Below the pieces are notes generated by a model. It made no database searches. It had not been told where the DNA came from and was given only the letters and a program-made list of their open reading frames with translations. A stretch of DNA of 64,000 nucleotides from Escherichia phage fDHCT2: sequence record OR427838.1; one strand, written 5' to 3'. Shown here piece after piece: positions 57,145 to 64,000 of this stretch. How positions within the stretch are numbered: position 1 is the first letter of the stretch; each line of letters begins with the position of its first letter. Both the position numbers and the translations under genes were made by a program.

Positions 57145-58077
57145 ATGGCAAGCGAATCATTTAACCCTAAGCAACTCAAGGACGCTATTCTGCGCCGCCT
57201 GGGTGCACCGATTACAAATATTGAAGTAACTACAGACCAAGTATACGATTGCATCCAGCGCGCTCTAGAGCTCTACGGTGAATACCATTATAACGGGTAT
57301 AACAAAGGTTATCAGGCTTTTTATATCGGCCATGACGATGAAGAAAAATTCCGTAATGGTGTATTTGACCTTAAAGGCCGTAATATATTTGCGGTGACAC
57401 AAATTTTGAGAACCAATGTAGGTTCTTTAACATCTATGGATGGGCAAGCAACTTATCCATGGTTTACTGATTTTGTATTAGGCTTAGCTGGTATTAATGG
57501 TGGGCTTGGGTCTTCATGTAACAGTTTTGGACCTAATGCCTTCGGCGCCGACCTTGGTTATTTTACCCAACTAATGCAATATCGTTCTATGATGCAGGAC
57601 CTTTTGGTTCCACTACCTGATTATTGGTATAACGATGCCACTGAACAGTTGAAGGTAATGGGTAACTTTGTTAAAGGCGATTTTATTGTAATCGAAGTTT
57701 ATACTCGTTCTTTTAATGGAGTCGATTCTATGGTAGGAAACACCGTAGGCTATGGTTATGCTTCGGCTTGTGGTGAAAACGAATGGAGCCCAGGTGCTAT
57801 TTGGGATAACCCGGCGCGTCGTATTTCCGGTATGCGTGTAGGCGAGGACCTTGGTCTTCAAGACGGTGCATATAATAACCGTTGGGTTAAAGATTATGCC
57901 ACGGCATTGGTTAAAGAAGTCAATGGCAATATTCTAGCCAAACACCAAGGCATGCAACTTGCAGGTGGAACCACCGTAGATGGTATTCGATTGATTGAAG
58001 AAGCTCGTTTAGAAAAAGAACGACTTCGCGAAGAATTGGATTTGCTCGACCCACCAACACCTATTTTAATTGGATAA
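57145..58077 (+). CDS. 13: Neck protein gp13
   Basis: 310 aa; [33 protein letters not shown] match T4 gp13. Confidence 0.9.
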   Translation: MASESFNPKQLKDAILRRLGAPITNIEVTTDQVYDCIQRALELYGEYHYNGYNKGYQAFYIGHDDEEKFRNGVFDLKGRNIFAVTQILRTNVGSLTSMDGQATYPWFTDFVLGLAGINGGLGSSCNSFGPNAFGADLGYFTQLMQYRSMMQDLLVPLPDYWYNDATEQLKVMGNFVKGDFIVIEVYTRSFNGVDSMVGNTVGYGYASACGENEWSPGAIWDNPARRISGMRVGEDLGLQDGAYNNRWVKDYATALVKEVNGNILAKHQGMQLAGGTTVDGIRLIEEARLEKERLREELDLLDPPTPILIG

Positions 58078-58079
58078 TT

Positions 58080-58853
58080 ATGGCTACTTTCGATTCGAGT
58101 TTATTCGCTAAGCTAGAAGATAATACTGGCTATGCTAACACGAACGAAACTGAAATAATGAACCCTTTCGTCAACTTTTATCGCCATGAGAATACCCAAA
58201 CCTTGGCTGATGCTTTAGTTGCTGAGTCTATTCAGATGCGTGGTATTGAGCTTTATTATATACCACGTGAATATGTTAAACCGGACCAGCTATTTGGCGA
58301 AGACCTTCAGAACAAATTTACTAAAGCCTGGAAGTTTGCAGGATATTTGGATTCCTTTGAAGGTTATTCCGGTGACAATACTTATTTCAGTAAGTTCGGT
58401 ATGATGGTTAATGATGAAGTAACAATCACAATTAACCCTAACCTTTTTAAACATCAATGCAATGGCACTGAACCTGTTTCAGGCGACTTGATTTATTTCC
58501 CAATGGACAACAGCCTATTCGAAATTAACTGGGTTCAACCTTACGACCCGTTCTATCAAGTGGGTGCTAACGTCCAGCGTCGAATCACTGCTACCAAGTT
58601 CATTTACAATGGTGAAGAACTTCGTCCTGAATTACAGAGAAATGAAGGTATTAATATTCCTGAGTTTAGTGAGCTTGATTTAATGCCTATTAAGAATATC
58701 GACGGATTGGCTGACGTCTCCGACATTCAATATGAAGAGGTCAATGAGATTAATTCTGAAGCGACGGAATTCGTACATCCTTATGTTGTGATTAATGGAC
58801 GAGGAGAGGATGCTCCTCCTACAGCATTTGATGATGCTTTTTTAGATGATTAA
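58080..58853 (+). CDS. 14: Neck protein gp14
   Basis: 257 aa; [43 protein letters not shown] match T4 gp14. Confidence 0.9.
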   Translation: MATFDSSLFAKLEDNTGYANTNETEIMNPFVNFYRHENTQTLADALVAESIQMRGIELYYIPREYVKPDQLFGEDLQNKFTKAWKFAGYLDSFEGYSGDNTYFSKFGMMVNDEVTITINPNLFKHQCNGTEPVSGDLIYFPMDNSLFEINWVQPYDPFYQVGANVQRRITATKFIYNGEELRPELQRNEGINIPEFSELDLMPIKNIDGLADVSDIQYEEVNEINSEATEFVHPYVVINGRGEDAPPTAFDDAFLDD

Positions 58854-58863
58854 ATAATACATG

Positions 58864-58879
58864 GCGCATGGTGCGCCAT
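58864..58879 (+). other. short hairpin between genes 14 and 15
   Basis: ggcgca-tgg-tgcgcc followed by attt. Confidence 0.3.
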
Positions 58880-58891
58880 TTAGGAGGTTTG

Positions 58892-59754
58892 ATGTTTGGA
58901 CATTGGTATAATAGTTCGCTACGTCGCTATATTGTTTTGATGGGTGATTTATTTTCCCATGTTCAAGTAGCACGTCAAAGAGAAGATACAGGACTTAAAT
59001 TTATTAAGGTTCCTATTACATATGCTTCTAAAGAAAGATTTATGGCTAACTTAGGTAAATGGACGGCAGTACAGAATATTCCAAACCCTAATATGACAGC
59101 TAAAGAACGGGCCGAACAAAAAGCTAAAGTGGAAACAGTTCTTCCGCGTATGAACCTCCAAATGGTTGATATGCTTTACAACTCACAATATAAAACGGCC
59201 CTTCAAAACAGAACACAAATTCAATTTGAGAATGGCGACCCACGTAAGCGTGTCAGCCAATATTCTCCTACTCCGGTTAAAATGATTTTCGAACTGGGTA
59301 TTTACACTAGAACCCAAGATGATATGTTCCAAATTGTAGAACAGATTATGCCTTATTTCCAACCTCACTTCAATACAACTATCACTGAACTCTATACAAA
59401 CGAAATTAAATTTGACCGTGATATCCGTATTGTGTTCCAATCTATAGCAATGGATGAACAATTAGAAGGTGATACCACTTCTAGACGTCGCTTAGAGTGG
59501 TCTATGATGTTTGAGGTTAATGGTTGGTTATATCCTCCTGTGAAGGAAATGGAAGGCGAAATTAAAACCATTTATCTTGATTTCTTTGCCAACTCAAAGG
59601 AACTCGCTCCTGAAGGTAATTTCGAATCGGTTGATAGCGAAGTGGTTCCTAGAGGTGTAGAAGAAAAAGAATGGGATGGAAGTTCTGTTCAAACATATTC
59701 ACAAGATATTCCAGTGCCTGTCGAGCCAGCGCCTCCAGCACCAAGGAGAAACCC

Positions 59755-59758
<4 letters not shown>
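58892..59758 (+). CDS. 15: Tail sheath stabiliser/terminator gp15
   Basis: start at MFGHWYNSS after aggagg SD; [19 protein letters not shown] matches T4 gp15. Confidence 0.9.
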
Positions 59759-62068
<2,310 letters not shown>

Positions 62069-62097
62069 ACAATAAAGCATAACCAAGAGGATTCAAA

Positions 62098-64000
62098 ATG
62101 TCTTTATTATCACCGGGCATTGAGCTCAAAGAAACGTCCGTACAGAGTACTGTCGTTCGTAACGCAACGGGTCGTGCAGCGCTGGTTGGTAAATTCCAGT
62201 GGGGCCCTGCTTTCCAGGTAACTCAAATTACTAACGAAGTTGAACTGGTGGATTTGTTTGGAGGTCCTAACAACGAAGTGGCAGATTATTTTATGTCTGG
62301 TATGAACTTCCTCCAATATGGTAACGACCTTCGTACTGTTCGTGTTGTTAACCGTGAATTCGCTAAAAACGCATCTCCTGTTGCAGGCAATATCGAAACC
62401 ACTATTACTACGGCTGGTTCTAACTATGCAGTAGGCGATAAAATTAATATCAAGCACAACCAAACTGTTGTTGAATCTGAAGGTCGTGTGACTTCTGTAG
62501 ATACGGATGGTAAAATTCTTTCCGTGTTTATCCCATCAGCAAAAATTATTGCTTATGCACGTTCTTTAAACCAGTATCCTACCCTGGGCCCGGCTTGGAC
62601 GGCTGAAGTTACTTCCGCTTCTTCTGGTGTTTCCGGTACTATTACCGTAGGTAAAATTGTTACGGATTCAGGTATTCTTTTAACTGAAGCAGAGAACAGT
62701 GAAGAAGCTATTACTTCCCTGGAATTCCAAGCATCTCTTAAGAAATTTGCTATGCCAGGCGTAGTTGCTCTTTATCCAGGCGAAATTGGTTCCACCTTAG
62801 AAGTAGAAATCGTTTCCAAAGCCGCTTATGATGTTGGTTCTTCTAAAATGCTGGATATTTATCCGGGCGGTGGTTCTCGTGCTTCTATTGCCAAGGCGGT
62901 ATTTAATTACGGGCCACAAACAGATGACCAATACGCGATTATTGTTCGTCGTGATGGCGCTATCGTAGAATCTGTCGTACTTTCTACCAAAGAAGGTGAA
63001 AAAGACGTTTACGGTAATAACATTTATCTTGACGACTATTTCGCTAAAGGTACTTCTAACTATATTTTTGCTACCTCTTTGAACTGGCCTAAAGGCTTCA
63101 GCGGTATCATTAATCTGATGGGTGGTGTATCTGCTAACGATAAGGTTACTGCGAGTGATTTGATGCAGGGTTGGGATTTGTTCGCCGACCGTGAAGCACT
63201 CCATATTAACCTTTTGATTGCCGGGGCCGTTGCCGGTGAAGGTGATGAAGTTGCTTCTACCGTCCAGAAACACGTTGTTAGTATTGCTGATGAACGTCAG
63301 GATTGCTTAGCATTTATTTCTCCTCCTAAAGGACTGTTGGTTAACGTTCCATTGACTCGTGCAGTAGATAATCTTATCGACTGGCGTACCGGTGCAGGTA
63401 CTTTCGATACCAACAACATGAACATTAGCACCACTTATGCTGCTATTGACGGTAACTATAAATATCAGTATGACAAATATAATGACGTAAACCGTTGGGT
63501 GCCTCTGGCCGCTGATATGGCTGGTTTGTGTGCGCGTACAGATGATGTTTCTCAGCCTTGGATGTCTCCGGCCGGTTATAACCGTGGTCAGATTCTTAAC
63601 GTTCTGAAATTGGCAATTGAACCTCGTCAAGCTCAACGCGACCGCATGTACCAAGAAGCTATTAACCCGGTTGTTGGTTTTGCTGGTGGCGATGGTTTCG
63701 TATTGTTTGGTGATAAGACTGCAACTAAAGTTCCATCTCCGATGGACCATATTAACGTTCGCCGTCTGTTCAATATGCTTAAGAAAAATATCGGTGATGC
63801 CTCTAAATATAAACTGTTTGAATTGAACGATAACTTCACTCGTTCAAGCTTCCGTATGGAAGTTTCTCAGTACTTAGATGGTATTAAGGCACTTGGTGGG
63901 ATTTATGAAGGACGCGTGGTTTGTGATACTACAGTGAACACCCCTGCGGTTATCGACCGTAATGAGTTTATTGCTAATATCTACGTTAAACCGTCGAGAT
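62098..64000 (+). CDS. 18: Tail sheath protein gp18 (N-terminal part; continues beyond window end)
   Basis: MSLLSPGIELKETSVQSTVV..., GNDLRTVRVVNREFAKN, ADMAGLCARTDDVSQPWMSPAGYNRGQILNV match T4 gp18. Confidence 0.95.
   Translation, partial: MSLLSPGIELKETSVQSTVVRNATGRAALVGKFQWGPAFQVTQITNEVELVDLFGGPNNEVADYFMSGMNFLQYGNDLRTVRVVNREFAKNASPVAGNIETTITTAGSNYAVGDKINIKHNQTVVESEGRVTSVDTDGKILSVFIPSAKIIAYARSLNQYPTLGPAWTAEVTSASSGVSGTITVGKIVTDSGILLTEAENSEEAITSLEFQASLKKFAMPGVVALYPGEIGSTLEVEIVSKAAYDVGSSKMLDIYPGGGSRASIAKAVFNYGPQTDDQYAIIVRRDGAIVESVVLSTKEGEKDVYGNNIYLDDYFAKGTSNYIFATSLNWPKGFSGIINLMGGVSANDKVTASDLMQGWDLFADREALHINLLIAGAVAGEGDEVASTVQKHVVSIADERQDCLAFISPPKGLLVNVPLTRAVDNLIDWRTGAGTFDTNNMNISTTYAAIDGNYKYQYDKYNDVNRWVPLAADMAGLCARTDDVSQPWMSPAGYNRGQILNVLKLAIEPRQAQRDRMYQEAINPVVGFAGGDGFVLFGDKTATKVPSPMDHINVRRLFNMLKKNIGDASKYKLFELNDNFTRSSFRMEVSQYLDGIKALGGIYEGRVVCDTTVNTPAVIDRNEFIANIYVKPSR

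Overview
This window is a T4-like (T-even, Tevenvirinae-type) lytic myovirus segment, identified from protein sequences I recognise from phage T4 and from conserved gene order; no database search was run. Positions 1-40025 are a minus-strand block of early/middle genes: 46, 47, 55, 49, nrdC, rI, tk, regB, denV, ipII, ipIII, e, nudE, two tRNAs, 57B, 57A, 1, 3, 2, 4, interspersed with many small accessory ORFs. Positions 40072-64000 are the plus-strand late structural block: 53, 5, 6, 7, 8, 9, 10, 11, 12, wac, 13, 14, 15, 16, 17 and partial 18. At least 12 sigma70-type early promoters (GTTTAC, 16-17 nt, TGnTACTAT-like) lie on the minus strand, several embedded in inverted repeats, and TATAAATA late promoters precede genes 53, 4, e, 9, 13 and 18. 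Relative to T4 as I remember it, the window has no a-gt between 47 and 55, no nrdD/nrdG between 55 and 49, and only two tRNAs. The main candidates for something undescribed are: (1) a 687-aa ORF wedged between genes 5 and 6; (2) a tandem array of five paralogous small genes ending in W-x-S-S-x-x-Cys; (3) a translationally coupled membrane protein plus Pol-beta-type nucleotidyltransferase pair; (4) a macro-domain protein; (5) extra capsid-targeting-sequence internal proteins. All functional calls for these are hypotheses. Hand-counted coordinates of promoters, terminators and adjusted starts may be off by 1-3 nt.
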